DNA of 64,000 nucleotides from an uncultured Bacteroidota bacterium (GCA_963768145.1 CAVYHK010000025.1:96001-160000); one strand, 5' to 3'; positions 17,918 to 28,233 are shown, counted from the first letter of the stretch. The notes: generated by a model not told the origin, from the sequence alone. Program-made: numbers and translations.

Positions 17918-20083
17918 TTACGGAGTGAAGCGCCTCACGGTTGAATATGCAGTTGTACCGGCGGCATTCGTCGCGCTCACGCGCCAATAATACAACGTCC
18001 CGGTTGTCAAAGCCGGTGCCCCGGCGTTGTATGTGGCCGCCGTAATTCCGTTCTGATCCACAACGGTGGTGGCAAACGTGTTTACAGTGGAAATCTGTAA
18101 ATGGTATGATGTGGCACCATTGGCGGTTTTCCACATCAAAGTAATTGGCAAGCCAACTAATGTGGCACCGTCATTGGGACTACTTAATATCGGCACCGGA
18201 GGTGCTGAAAATGTGAATACATTTGTAGTTGGATCTATTGAATTTCCCGCGAGATCGGTCACAGCGGTCGGACTTACCTGCAACGAATAACCTGCAGGCT
18301 GTGGTAAATCGGTCGTTACTAGGAGCTGGACATGGTATCGGTTTGATCCAGCGTTGTGTCCAAGATAATCGGCCTCTCTGATGTTAAACAACACAGTGTC
18401 AGGATTAAGGATAGTGTAGTTTGACGCTACCTCCGCAGCGCTTACAGCCAAAGGCTCGGAAAATTGCAAAGTGTAAAGCCAATCATATGCTCCTCCAGCA
18501 GCAGCAACCGTGACGTTCGTCAGTCGAGGGCTGACGTTGTCAGTAACCGTAATGACGTTACTTGACGTACCTTCAACTAAGTCCTTGCTGACCGCGCGCA
18601 CAATGTAACTCACGTAACCGGCGCTGAGCGGGTCATTGGCACCTAACGGGACAACGAGAGAGCCCGAATTCTCCTGGAACTGAACTCCCTGGTAGTCGGT
18701 CTGCAGGAGTTGAGAAGAACCCCCATCAACGCTTTTGTAAATGTTGTAGCTTCGAGCATTTGGATCATAATTCCATTCCAAAGCAACGGTCCCGCCGTTG
18801 TAATCTAGATATCCAAATTGGCCAGGCACAATGCGGCGAGTCACAACCGGTGCGGCCGGCACAGTGGATCCACCGCTGGTTGTGAAATCAAGAGGCTCGA
18901 AGTCACCCGTGATCAGCTGATTATTCTTCAGAGCATTACCCGCAGCATCCTTAATCTTGCCGGAGCCAAAGACGCCCGTCATGTCGAGAGTGTAACGGGC
19001 TGAACCGACCAAGCCTTGAGGGACAATTGTAAGCTGGCAGAAGGTCGAGTTCCATTGAGCAGTAAATCCTAATGCGTCGCTTGCTTTCTTCAAGCCATTA
19101 AAGTTAAACGCAATATCATCGAGCATTGTTTTACTCCCCAAAGGAAGGCTGGTGCTTGTATACGCAGTCTGTTTGATCGGTTCAGAGAATGTGTAAACGA
19201 TTTGGAGACCTGTTGCCGACACATCCGAATTGTTCTCTGGCGTTATACTAATCACAGATGGATTGACAACATCAACTGGTGTAAGCATGATTTGTTCAGC
19301 AGGGACACCAGAACGCAGTGAGTCAATCGTGAGATTTGGAGGAAGTGTTAGGAAACCAGGAAGTTTTCCCCCTTGGGAACCGTCATTGCTGACAGCCACA
19401 ATATTGACTGTCAGACCATTGTCCACATTCTTGAATTGATAAGCCCCATTCGAATCGGTGGAAGTCTGTGCCATCGCGACTCCCGGGACTACTGTTTCGT
19501 CATACAGAGTGACTAAAGCACTCGGGACGGGCTGCACGTTTTGGTCGACTACCTCTCCCTTCACCGTCGTGTTCAGATAAGAAATGTTGAGAAGGACACT
19601 TCCTATCATTCCGTTTATCGAACTTGAATCGTTTTGTCCAACTGACGTGAAGGTAATATTGGCAGTGCTGTAATAGTAGGCTCTGTACTTTTTGTTTGGA
19701 TCTGTTTGAGACGAATCGTAAGCGAAAAGCGATATTGTGAAGGTGTAGGAGCCTGAAAAAACGCCCGCGCCATTTACAACGCTGTACTGTCCCGCAGGGA
19801 CGTCTGCAAATGAGAACGCACCCGCACTGTCTGAAAATGTCGATTGGACCGTACCATTATAGCCAACCGAGATCTTCGCCCACGGCACAGGCTCGCTAGT
19901 TACCCAGTTTCTTATCAAACCGGTAATAGTTCCTTTCGGCTGAGTCGTTTGGCCCGAAGGTGTGAGCGGCGTCGAGGGATTCTTGGTGCATCCCCACACC
20001 GATAATATGAGCAGTACAATGCTCAGTTTAAAAAATGCAGAAGATTGAGTAGTCATAACTTTGATCTCCAATTTAGTTTTCAA
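17918..20083 (-). CDS. Surface lipoprotein with CarboxypepD_reg-like and Ig/Fn3-like modules (no T9SS CTD)
   Basis: The lipobox-like signal is ..LLILSVWGC. The sequence is beta-rich and repetitive. The C-terminal module LSSPNDGATLVGLPITLMWKTANGATSYHLQIS..LYYWRVSATNAAGTTAYS is the same module type that separates the propellers in the 2386-aa protein. Confidence 0.6.
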   Translation of the reverse strand: MKTKLEIKVMTTQSSAFFKLSIVLLILSVWGCTKNPSTPLTPSGQTTQPKGTITGLIRNWVTSEPVPWAKISVGYNGTVQSTFSDSAGAFSFADVPAGQYSVVNGAGVFSGSYTFTISLFAYDSSQTDPNKKYRAYYYSTANITFTSVGQNDSSSINGMIGSVLLNISYLNTTVKGEVVDQNVQPVPSALVTLYDETVVPGVAMAQTSTDSNGAYQFKNVDNGLTVNIVAVSNDGSQGGKLPGFLTLPPNLTIDSLRSGVPAEQIMLTPVDVVNPSVISITPENNSDVSATGLQIVYTFSEPIKQTAYTSTSLPLGSKTMLDDIAFNFNGLKKASDALGFTAQWNSTFCQLTIVPQGLVGSARYTLDMTGVFGSGKIKDAAGNALKNNQLITGDFEPLDFTTSGGSTVPAAPVVTRRIVPGQFGYLDYNGGTVALEWNYDPNARSYNIYKSVDGGSSQLLQTDYQGVQFQENSGSLVVPLGANDPLSAGYVSYIVRAVSKDLVEGTSSNVITVTDNVSPRLTNVTVAAAGGAYDWLYTLQFSEPLAVSAAEVASNYTILNPDTVLFNIREADYLGHNAGSNRYHVQLLVTTDLPQPAGYSLQVSPTAVTDLAGNSIDPTTNVFTFSAPPVPILSSPNDGATLVGLPITLMWKTANGATSYHLQISTVNTFATTVVDQNGITAATYNAGAPALTTGTLYYWRVSATNAAGTTAYSTVRRFTP

Positions 20084-20167
20084 CTAACAACTAGGCTTTT
20101 CCTTCTTTGTTCCTACGGTCAGTGGCCATGGCAACAAGAAGCTTCTAGAAACCTTGCTTATGGCGGA

Positions 20168-20857
20168 CTAAGATGATTTTACCAACGGCACCGTTACCTT
20201 GATTCCTGCCGTAAAACCTTGGAGGGTAAAATCAAGTTCCGACCGCTCCGGGAAAGGAGTTGTCTCATACCAGTAACCACATTCTAACGAGAACGATACA
20301 CCGGAAGCATGGAAAAACTCTACTCCTCCTGTTCCATGAAGTTGGAACAAACCTCCATTCACCCGTGCGACACCAACCTGATCATTGTAACTCCGCTGAG
20401 TGTTGAGCCACACGTATCCCAACCCGGGACCGATAAAAAACGACACGCGTTTTACAGGGAAATTGAACAAATATGTCCCGCCGGCATAATACATTTGGAG
20501 GAAGTCTCTGGATTGAGCCTGCCCTATGGAATTGCCGAGCTGAGATTTGTACAAACTCGCGCCGAGTTCCACCTGAATCGATTGTTGTTCCACGGGAGAG
20601 AACTTAATTCCTCCCATCAATGAATAATAATCCTTGAAATCGCTTCCGGCTGGCAGGAAATAATTCTTTTCAATGGTCTTGTAGACGGCATTCACATCAG
20701 TGAACTTCGGAGAGAAATAGTCTGCCGAAATAAAAAACGAATATGATGGAATTAACCTTTGCGGCATCTCCTTTTGCTGTGCCTGAGTCAACTGAGGCGG
20801 GCATAAAAGAAGCATGAATGGAAAAAATAAACTTATGCTCAGAAGATTTTTCGTCAT
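20168..20857 (-). CDS. Probable outer-membrane beta-barrel protein
   Basis: It has a signal peptide ending ..LTQAQQ and alternating aromatic/Gly beta-strand patterning throughout (..FFIGPGLGYVWL.., ..VSFSLECGYWYE..). I recognise no specific family. Confidence 0.45.
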   Translation of the reverse strand: MTKNLLSISLFFPFMLLLCPPQLTQAQQKEMPQRLIPSYSFFISADYFSPKFTDVNAVYKTIEKNYFLPAGSDFKDYYSLMGGIKFSPVEQQSIQVELGASLYKSQLGNSIGQAQSRDFLQMYYAGGTYLFNFPVKRVSFFIGPGLGYVWLNTQRSYNDQVGVARVNGGLFQLHGTGGVEFFHASGVSFSLECGYWYETTPFPERSELDFTLQGFTAGIKVTVPLVKSS

Positions 20858-21473
20858 TTAATAGCTCCTTTCCTGGTTAATATGGTTTCATCGTTTGTCG
20901 CTTAGGTGCCATTAATCCTCAAAATGAATCACCATTTCCTTACCCACCCTTTTTGATTCCCCTCTCTGATTTCCACGGAGGGGACGCAGGGATGGGTCAA
21001 ATCTTTGTTTGACGCTAGTATCAAATAATGCCAAGCCAACGATGAGCAATCTCTATAAACAAGATGTTTTGAGCACCTTCTCGTCGACAGCAGCCTCTCT
21101 GATCGCCTGACTTCAGAAACTAGATGCGGATACTGAACCCGGATTGAGGCGCGTACGGGCAAGTGCTGGAAACAATACCTGCTAGAGACGAAGTGCTCTT
21201 CCGGCGATACCGAATCGAGCGCGGCATCGTCCAGTCTATACCGATTTATCATCAACCATCCCAATGATCGGCGCAAGCTTTCGAAACGCTACCCTGTGAC
21301 GACGTTGCCGAATGTCTGCTTCATAAAAGAATCTCATTCTTGCTCCTTTGCCTACGGACGAAATCCAAGGAATCTACTCGACGCAACGTCGGTAATGTAT
21401 CATACTTGAATTCAATAATCAAATCTTTGGCAGTCTATCAGTTTCAATCTTCCACAAAATCCCTAGGCGTTTT

Positions 21474-21569
21474 TTAACCGCGAAGGTCGCAAAGGATGCG
21501 CCATGTGCGCCGAGAATAATTACTATCCCTTTGCGCTCTTAGGGCCCTCTTGGCGGTCTTTGCGGTTAA
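21474..21569. repeat. Palindromic REP/MITE-like element (TTAACCGC...GCGGTTAA termini)
   Basis: The sequence is TTAACCGCGAAGGTCGCAAAGG...CGCCGAG...TCTTTGCGGTTAA. The arms are built from (A/C)CGC(A/G)AAG-type 9-mers and their complements. A second copy lies at 22547..22632. Confidence 0.7.
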
Positions 21570-21662
21570 GTTCAAAATGATACACTACCAAATCTTTCAG
21601 CTCCCTTCACTCCACGGCAATAGCTGATTCTTAATTCCCACCTAGCTCCGGAAAAACAACGC

Positions 21663-21959
21663 TCAGAATCCATGCTCCGCCATGTTCTTCATCATTCTTG
21701 CATCGGTCCAATTCCACCATTTCAGTTTTTCCGGCTGCTGATCGGGCTTCTCTGTAGAAGCGTAATAAACCGCACACCTGAAAACATACAGAAGGCACCG
21801 ATCCTGAACGATCCCTTCCTCCCTGTTTATCAACTCATAAAGGGATTCCGGATTCTTGCCCCTCAAGTCCCGTACTGACTTGATTCCAATTTTAAGAAAA
21901 TCTTGCGCAATAGATTTTCCGACTCCGGGAATTTGTATTAGGTCTTTTATCGAATTCAT
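21663..21959 (-). CDS. Helix-hairpin-helix domain protein (Cdd1/pathogenicity-locus-like)
   Basis: MNSIKDLIQIPGVGKSIAQDFLKIGIKSVRDLRGKNPESLYE.. carries an HhH motif (IPGVGK). The family assignment is from memory of PF11731-type proteins. I chose the start at the internal Met; the track start is 21998. Confidence 0.55.
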   Translation of the reverse strand: MNSIKDLIQIPGVGKSIAQDFLKIGIKSVRDLRGKNPESLYELINREEGIVQDRCLLYVFRCAVYYASTEKPDQQPEKLKWWNWTDARMMKNMAEHGF

Positions 21960-22139
21960 GATTGACCTTTTCTTCCTATCGTTATGACTGCTGATCAACG
22001 GTTTGACTCAAGAATCTATTCGGCACGATCCAATAATACAAACCCGACAAATGGATCACACGCTTTTTCAATTGCAATACTTTTGCATCTGATTTAACTT
22101 CTTGACAAACGCACCAACACAAATAGAAGGAGATGCAGA

Positions 22140-22538
22140 ATGTCGCAGTCATTTAAGATTTCAACTACCCTGCCGGCTGCCGCAAAACAAGTTTATCGAG
22201 CATGGCTAAGCGGCAGAGAACATGCAGCATTCACGGGCGACGCAGCAGAAGTTGATCCGAAAGTGGGTGGTCATTTCACAGCTTTCGGTGACTACATAGA
22301 AGGAACGAATCTCGAGCTTCAACCAAACAAGAAAATCGTACAAGCCTGGCGAACCACCGAATTCCCGCCAGGAAGTGAAGACTCCAGATTGGAGGTGACG
22401 CTCGATGAAATCGATCAAGGAACCAAGCTTACACTTAAACACAGCAAGATCCCCGACGGTCAGGCAGACTCGTACAAAGACGGGTGGAGAAAATTCTATT
22501 TCAAGCCGATGAAAAAATATTTCGGAATGAAAAAGTAA
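22140..22538 (+). CDS. SRPBCC superfamily / Aha1-domain (AHSA1-like) protein
   Basis: The size (132 aa) and sequence pattern are typical of Aha1-domain SRPBCC proteins (..VYRAWLSGREHAAFTGDAAEVDPKVGGHFTAFGDYIEGTNLELQPNKKIVQAWR..). GGAG precedes the ATG. Confidence 0.7.
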   Translation: MSQSFKISTTLPAAAKQVYRAWLSGREHAAFTGDAAEVDPKVGGHFTAFGDYIEGTNLELQPNKKIVQAWRTTEFPPGSEDSRLEVTLDEIDQGTKLTLKHSKIPDGQADSYKDGWRKFYFKPMKKYFGMKK

Positions 22539-22546
22539 GAATATTT

Positions 22547-22632
22547 TTAACCGCAAAGGGCGCTAAGGTTCGCCGAGTGGTTTGTCTTGAGTCATACATA
22601 TCTTTGCGTAACTTTGCGTTCTTCGCGGTTAA
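22547..22632. repeat. Palindromic REP/MITE-like element, second copy
   Basis: The sequence is TTAACCGCAAAGGGCGCTAAGGTTCGCCGAG...CTTTGCGTAACTTTGCGTTCTTCGCGGTTAA. It starts 9 nt after the stop of the SRPBCC gene. Confidence 0.7.
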
Positions 22633-22662
22633 ATGTTTTTGTCTTAGCTGTGCCATGCTAGC

Positions 22663-25311
22663 TCACATATTAAACCAGTACGTAAACTTCACTAGAAAAA
22701 TGTTGTCGGGACGCGCGGAGATAAGGCTCTTCAAATCACGATTTATCTCCATAAACCCTGGGAATTGCGAGTCAGTCCTATTCTGAGTCCACACAAGATA
22801 CAAAGTTGAGCCGGGGATGTACTCCCATCTCAGGATGGCATCTCCGCGCAGAGATTTGAAATTGAAGTCCGGATCTGAGAAAGTAAACGGCGCGCCTTGC
22901 CCACCGGGGTCAACCTGGTACGTGCCGTCATCTTCCGTAATAGTGCTTCCATCCCTGCCGTAGAAGTTGAAGTCGTATGAACTCGGCTTCGCAAGTTCTT
23001 TGTAATCCCGATAGCTTCCAGCCGAGATGAGTGGCTGTGCATAAAGCTGGAAGCTCAATTGAGGAGTGAATGTCCAATCAAGGCGAATGTTCGCCGATAA
23101 TGTCTTCTGTCTCAACGTCGCAAACACGTACCGTCCACCGAATGTGTTAACGGCAGCCGGATCGACGAAATTTCCAACCCACTGTGCATCCCAATTCGAT
23201 TGCTCATAGGATGGGCCGAAAGTGAATGAGATATTCGGTTTGGGGATCCACTGAACGCCGACGCTGTATGTCACATCATGGTCACCGGTTTGATAGTCTG
23301 CGGTATATACTTCTGTATTGATGATCCATGATTTCCTATCGTCGGAACTTGCTCCTCCGTCAACCCACCAGCCAGGCAGGTTCAAAACTCTTGGACCGCC
23401 GCGAGTCGAGTAATCACTTACTGACTGTGTGTTATAGCCGGAATTTTCAAAGATAGAATAGTAATTCAAGAATGTGATCCTACTGAACGCGAAATAACCA
23501 CTTCCCGTCAGTTTCCCGCCGTAATCATAATTCTTGAACAAAGCGACGTAAACAGCACCGGAACGCGCAATCGTTCCTGGGTCCGTCCATTGATAGCCCG
23601 TCACCAAATGACCGTTCATAACATCCCCCCGCCACATGAAACCAAGATCATTGACATCGAACCTCGGATCGATGATCCCAAAAGCGGCATTGACATAAAC
23701 ATTCCCTTTCTGCTTGTTCAATGCAAATCTGCCTGCATACCCCGTCAATGAAGTCGCATTGCTATCTAGATGCAAATATCCGGCGTCAGGACGCTGCATG
23801 TAATGCGGCTCACTTTCCTGTAACGAGATCATCCTCACTTTGTCCCCCCTTATCTGGCTCATTCCTGTCCATCCGGTCAAGACCCATTCCTTATCACTAT
23901 CCAGGAATGTCCAGCCATCTGCAGCAAGAGCCAGATCGCTGCTGTTAAGCTGGTCTCTTAATGTATCTGCCGTGAAATTGCGCTCGGCCAATGTTGATAT
24001 GAATCCAAAGCCCTGGCTACCCCCGTTCATCTCCCTACGAGCTCTCGCAACGCCATAATATGTCAGAGGTTCTACAGGGAATGTGAAAATATTCCCTGAA
24101 GTGTCCACTTGCGCATTCTCACGCGCGGTAACTGCCTGTATCACCCCAATAGTCCAGCCAGTGCCGGTTCGCCCGGTAAGTTTTGCCGCACCAATAATCG
24201 GCGTGCCGACGGGTTCATCAATGTAATCGGCAGAGGGAATACTCCCCTCGGGAGAACGGCCGATTCTTCGACTGTAAAAGAATTGCGGAATTCCAAAATT
24301 GAAGTTCCAGTAATTGTTCGAACCGCCATAACCGAAATTGTTGAAAATATTGGCGCCTTCAATGAAAAACGGCCTCTTTTCATCATAGTAAGTCTGGATG
24401 TCACTCAGGTTTACAACCGCGGGATCAACTTCCACCTGGCCGAAATCAGGATTTATGGTTCCGTCCAAGGTCAAATTATTACCTATCCCAACTTTGAAAT
24501 CTCCACCGATGCCCGGAGTGTATTTCGAGCCGTCATTGAACGGATCACCTGATCCGACATTCAGATACTCGGCTTTGGTGGTGAAGTATGGAAGTAATTC
24601 AACGGGTCGGTGGGCATCAACATCTTTTATTCCTACCATGTCGATGAATCGGGAGACGAATCCGCTGGAGTTCTTTGGTGTAAAGACCACGTAGTCATCC
24701 TCATTATTCCTGCCGATGAATCTTTCGAAGTCGACCCCCCAGACGTAGGAGCTGTCTCTCTCAAATCTCAATTGCGAAAACGGAATTTTCATTTCGGCGG
24801 TCCATCCGAGAGAATCAATATGAGCTCTTCCTTCCCAAACCCCATCCCACGTGTTGTCACTCCAGTCGTCATTGTAGAGCACCCCGTCACCTATTGTGCC
24901 GGCGGCGTTTATTCCAAAATAATAACCCGACCGGCGATCATGGTACGGATCTATGTAAAAAATGAAATAGTCCGAAGAAACTCTGGTATCTCTTCGAGCC
25001 AGCCGGGCAACAATCGAATCGGGTGCGGTATCATACATTCTTGCGGCAACGTAAATGGCTTCGTCATCGTAGGCAATCCAGACTTCTGTGTGCTGGGTGG
25101 GTTTTGTTCCCTCGTTCGGATCTCGTTCGACAAATCTCGCGAATCCTGTGCGATGCCAAACATATTCCGATAGAATTCCATCTGCTTTGATCTCAGAATT
25201 GGACCGAACTGCTTCGATGCACGTCGAGTCATTTGAATCTGCAAGCAGCGATGAACTGGTAAAAAGGAAGCAGAGGGTTATTAAGGTGAAGCATGGCAGC
25301 AACCGCCTCAC
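22663..25311 (-). CDS. CBM9-like / DUF5916 family outer-membrane-associated protein
   Basis: After a signal peptide, the N-terminal region (DG.L.E..W......F....P.EG..P...TEVWIAYDDEAIYVAARMYD..) has the CBM9-like pattern. A long beta-rich C-terminal region ends in ..FLVKFTYWFNM. The family is assigned from memory. Confidence 0.65.
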   Translation of the reverse strand: MRRLLPCFTLITLCFLFTSSSLLADSNDSTCIEAVRSNSEIKADGILSEYVWHRTGFARFVERDPNEGTKPTQHTEVWIAYDDEAIYVAARMYDTAPDSIVARLARRDTRVSSDYFIFYIDPYHDRRSGYYFGINAAGTIGDGVLYNDDWSDNTWDGVWEGRAHIDSLGWTAEMKIPFSQLRFERDSSYVWGVDFERFIGRNNEDDYVVFTPKNSSGFVSRFIDMVGIKDVDAHRPVELLPYFTTKAEYLNVGSGDPFNDGSKYTPGIGGDFKVGIGNNLTLDGTINPDFGQVEVDPAVVNLSDIQTYYDEKRPFFIEGANIFNNFGYGGSNNYWNFNFGIPQFFYSRRIGRSPEGSIPSADYIDEPVGTPIIGAAKLTGRTGTGWTIGVIQAVTARENAQVDTSGNIFTFPVEPLTYYGVARARREMNGGSQGFGFISTLAERNFTADTLRDQLNSSDLALAADGWTFLDSDKEWVLTGWTGMSQIRGDKVRMISLQESEPHYMQRPDAGYLHLDSNATSLTGYAGRFALNKQKGNVYVNAAFGIIDPRFDVNDLGFMWRGDVMNGHLVTGYQWTDPGTIARSGAVYVALFKNYDYGGKLTGSGYFAFSRITFLNYYSIFENSGYNTQSVSDYSTRGGPRVLNLPGWWVDGGASSDDRKSWIINTEVYTADYQTGDHDVTYSVGVQWIPKPNISFTFGPSYEQSNWDAQWVGNFVDPAAVNTFGGRYVFATLRQKTLSANIRLDWTFTPQLSFQLYAQPLISAGSYRDYKELAKPSSYDFNFYGRDGSTITEDDGTYQVDPGGQGAPFTFSDPDFNFKSLRGDAILRWEYIPGSTLYLVWTQNRTDSQFPGFMEINRDLKSLISARPDNIFLVKFTYWFNM

Positions 25312-26105
25312 TTGCCTCCCCCTGGTTTCAAAATCTCTATGCTGCCATTAACGGTTTCCGCATCAAAGTCGGCATTACCATCGCCGACCTTTCCCTCAAT
25401 TGAATCTCCAACTTTAACAAATGAGTGCTCATCACTTTCGCGTGAAGACACCAGTCCAAAATCGTTTGAAATGCGCCCGTTAACTGCCTTCGCTTTGATC
25501 TTCGCACTCAAGTCGGCGGGCAAACAAGCGTCAATTGAGCCATTTACGGATTTTAGTGTTACATCGGCTCCGGATTTCAATGAAGCAAAGACTGCGTCAA
25601 TCTTGCCATTGACTGTCCCCAAACGGCATTCATTCTTAGCATCCGAAACATGGACATTCCCATTTATCGTCGATGCATCTATGCTCCCTCCAACACCGTT
25701 AATATCTATTTCACCATTAATGGTTTTTATTTTATCCAGGCTGGCATTCTTCGGAACAGTGATGGTGTATTTCACCCATGGTCCATTTTCGTTGCGAGTG
25801 TTGCTGTCTTGAGGATACTTGGTATCAATGTCCACAAGATCACTCGATGCGTTGACGACGATCTGTAAATGTTCCATCATGTCTTTATCATCAGCATGCT
25901 TTACCGCATCCACCCTGACTTCATTCTTATCCCACACTTTTATCTCTACTCCGCCATTAACATTATTGAGTCGCACCTTCCCATCGGGAGACAGCGAATA
26001 AGATTGATGAAACTCCTCGGTAATTCCATTTTCCAGTACGAACGCCCGGCTTGAACTGCCCGCGAGAAGAATAAGTCCCGCGATAAACAACTTCATGGCT
26101 TTCAT
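25308..26105 (-). CDS. DUF4097-family beta-strand repeat protein (putative adhesin fold)
   Basis: It has VNG.I../.NG.I. repeat strands (VNGGVEIKVWD, INGEIDINGVGGSIDASTINGNVHV, VNGKIDA, VNGSID, VNGRIS, VNGSIEI) and a signal peptide. Its stop overlaps the next gene's start by 4 nt. Confidence 0.7.
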   Translation of the reverse strand: MKAMKLFIAGLILLAGSSSRAFVLENGITEEFHQSYSLSPDGKVRLNNVNGGVEIKVWDKNEVRVDAVKHADDKDMMEHLQIVVNASSDLVDIDTKYPQDSNTRNENGPWVKYTITVPKNASLDKIKTINGEIDINGVGGSIDASTINGNVHVSDAKNECRLGTVNGKIDAVFASLKSGADVTLKSVNGSIDACLPADLSAKIKAKAVNGRISNDFGLVSSRESDEHSFVKVGDSIEGKVGDGNADFDAETVNGSIEILKPGGGK

Positions 26106-26128
26106 GTGATTAATCCTTCCTGTAAAAG

Positions 26129-27268
26129 TCATTTTGAAAATGAGCTAAGTTTCTTGATATAGATGTTTCCGCCGGACGTATGAAGGTATATCGCCTGACC
26201 TCCACCATTCAATAAAATTTCTTCCATCTCGTTGCCATAGCCGTTCGATTTGTTGGATAGAACAACAGGCAAATCGGACACTATGTCATTGTCGTTTCCA
26301 CCGGAAACCTCTGCCTTAATGCTTGCCTTGGCGTCCGCTGGAATGTACAAATACACATCGCCGCCGCTTGATTCTACTCTGCTTTCCTCGTCACCTTTCG
26401 GGGTGATCCCAACTTTGACGGTTCCGCCCGACGATGATACATCAACCGATCCTGTGGCATTCGCGACTTCAATGTCTCCACCTGAAGTGTTCGCCGTAAC
26501 ACGGCCATTCCCCGAGCTCACCGAGATATCGCCGCCAGAAGTCGAGATGCTGACACTTCCGCCGATTTTCCCAATTATCATATCTCCACTGGAAGTGGTG
26601 GCATGCAGCTCGCCGCCGACCTTCTCAATGGTGACGTCCCCGCCTGCAGTAGAGGCATCTAGATTCTTCCCGACGGTTCCAACCGAGATGTCACCGCCAG
26701 AGGTGGAAATCTCCAGATTATTGGCCGCGTGGTCCACCTGAATATCTCCTCCAGAGGTGGAAAGGGTGGCGTCTTTTTCTAAATTGTGAGCGATTATGTC
26801 TCCACCAGAAGTTTTGACATCAACCGCACCGTTCACATCATCGATTATGAGGTCCCCTCCCGAAGTTGAAAGGCCAACATCTCCGGTAATTTGCCCCTCG
26901 ACTCCGACATCACCGCCTGAAGTCGAAAGGTCCAGATTGAAATTCGAGGGAACATAGAAATTGAATTTCAGGTTGCGGTTGCTCCCCCACCATCCTCCGT
27001 GAACTTTATACTGCACGCTAATGGTATTGCCAGACTGATCCGTCTCTACGCGGTCGGCGTCCTCGCCAATATCTTGCGCGATCATTTGAACTTGTAATTT
27101 GTCCCACACTCTAACCTGGATGTCTCCCGCGCTCACTGAAACAACCAGCTTTCCGCCCTTGGAAACGGAAAAGTTCTTTTGTAAATCGGATGAGCTGTTC
27201 TCATTGCTTACCGCCAGGCCCGCAAAAGCGAGAACCGCGAAGATTGAAGTGAGAATAATTCTTTTCAT
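26129..27268 (-). CDS. DUF4097-family beta-strand repeat protein
   Basis: At least ten TSGGDI/SGGD repeats are present (STSGGDVGV, TSGGDLII, TSGGDIIA, TSGGDIQV ..), plus a signal peptide. It has a 4-nt ATGA overlap with the downstream gene. Confidence 0.75.
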   Translation of the reverse strand: MKRIILTSIFAVLAFAGLAVSNENSSSDLQKNFSVSKGGKLVVSVSAGDIQVRVWDKLQVQMIAQDIGEDADRVETDQSGNTISVQYKVHGGWWGSNRNLKFNFYVPSNFNLDLSTSGGDVGVEGQITGDVGLSTSGGDLIIDDVNGAVDVKTSGGDIIAHNLEKDATLSTSGGDIQVDHAANNLEISTSGGDISVGTVGKNLDASTAGGDVTIEKVGGELHATTSSGDMIIGKIGGSVSISTSGGDISVSSGNGRVTANTSGGDIEVANATGSVDVSSSGGTVKVGITPKGDEESRVESSGGDVYLYIPADAKASIKAEVSGGNDNDIVSDLPVVLSNKSNGYGNEMEEILLNGGGQAIYLHTSGGNIYIKKLSSFSK

Positions 27269-27269
27269 T

Positions 27270-28221
27270 TTAAAGCTCCGTAATTCCTTTCAGCATATTT
27301 GCTGCTTTTAGTCTTACATATTTATTTTGATCCGACACTGAACTTTCTCTCAACACATTCAAAAGGTTCGGATCGACAGTTTTGGTAGTTGTAGACCTCA
27401 TTTCTTTCTCCGACAAATAATTAATCGCCGCCACGCGCATCCCGGGATTCTTGTCACTCTGAAGAACGAATAGGAGCGCATCTCTTATTTCATTATCGAA
27501 CGGCAATTTCTTCAGTGAAAGAAGAGCTTGCCTGCGTACACCGGCGTTGTCATCGGTCTTGGCAGCTCTCAGAATAGCCCTCTCAATTTCCTTCTCGGGT
27601 TTTCCCGATGTCTCCAGCATTCCGACCGTTTTCAATCTCACGCCTGGATTGTCCGAATTGACAAGTGCATACGCTAGAACCGTTTGAATGCTCTGATCAT
27701 CCAACGATCCTTTCATCTCGTAACGCTTGACAAAGTCGAAGGAAAACCGAACCTCGCCGGATCCCTGGTCGGTCGAAAGGAAACGGATGTTGTCGATTGC
27801 AACATCTTCTTTGTTCTTTGAATTAAGTTCGGATAGTATCGACGCGGCGTTCTTTTCAGGTCGATTAAAGAAAATAAAGCTTGCCGTCGCCCCCACCGCC
27901 AGCGTTACAAATGCAATCACCGCGACCGCATATACTGGTACAGGTGCAAATCTTGGCTCAGGCCGACCGAAACTTGTATTCCGGAACGTTTCTACCCGCG
28001 AGAAGCACGCGATGAAATTCATCCCTCGCTTCAAGAAGATCCTTATCAAGATGCGAATCATCCCCGCGTTTTTGCTGAAACATGGTTTTCTCAAGACTCT
28101 TTTGAAAACCTCCGCATTTCAAACACGAAGATAAGTGGTGTTGCAACTTTGCCTTTTCCGCCGGCGAAATCTCTTCGTAGAAATCCAAAACGATCAATCT
28201 TTCAAATTTTCTATGCTTCAC
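27270..28221 (-). CDS. Anti-sigma factor: zf-HC2 N-terminus, one TM helix, periplasmic HEAT repeats; frame broken once at about 27960-28010
   Basis: The ORF 27958..28221 carries H-x3-C-x2-C (HHLSSCLKCGG). The ORF 27270..28094 carries a TM segment (VPVYAVAVIAFVTLAVGATASFIFF) and HEAT-like repeats (DNPGVRLKTVGML / DDNAGVRRQALLSL / DKNPGMRVAAINYL / NKYVRLKAANML). The two ORFs overlap in different frames. Confidence 0.65.
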
Positions 28222-28233
28222 GGTTTGATTCTC

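Noticed and set aside
21100-21260. A CCGTACG-containing segment (gaacccggattgaggcgcgtacgggcaag) resembling group II intron domain V, inside the ORF-poor region 20858-21662. Also the 115-aa ORF 20929..21276
   Set aside because: Pairing by hand does not give the 14-bp bulged D5 helix or a GNRA loop, and there is no RT/maturase ORF nearby. The 115-aa ORF has an implausible, Arg/Ser/Cys-rich composition. The region is left unassigned.
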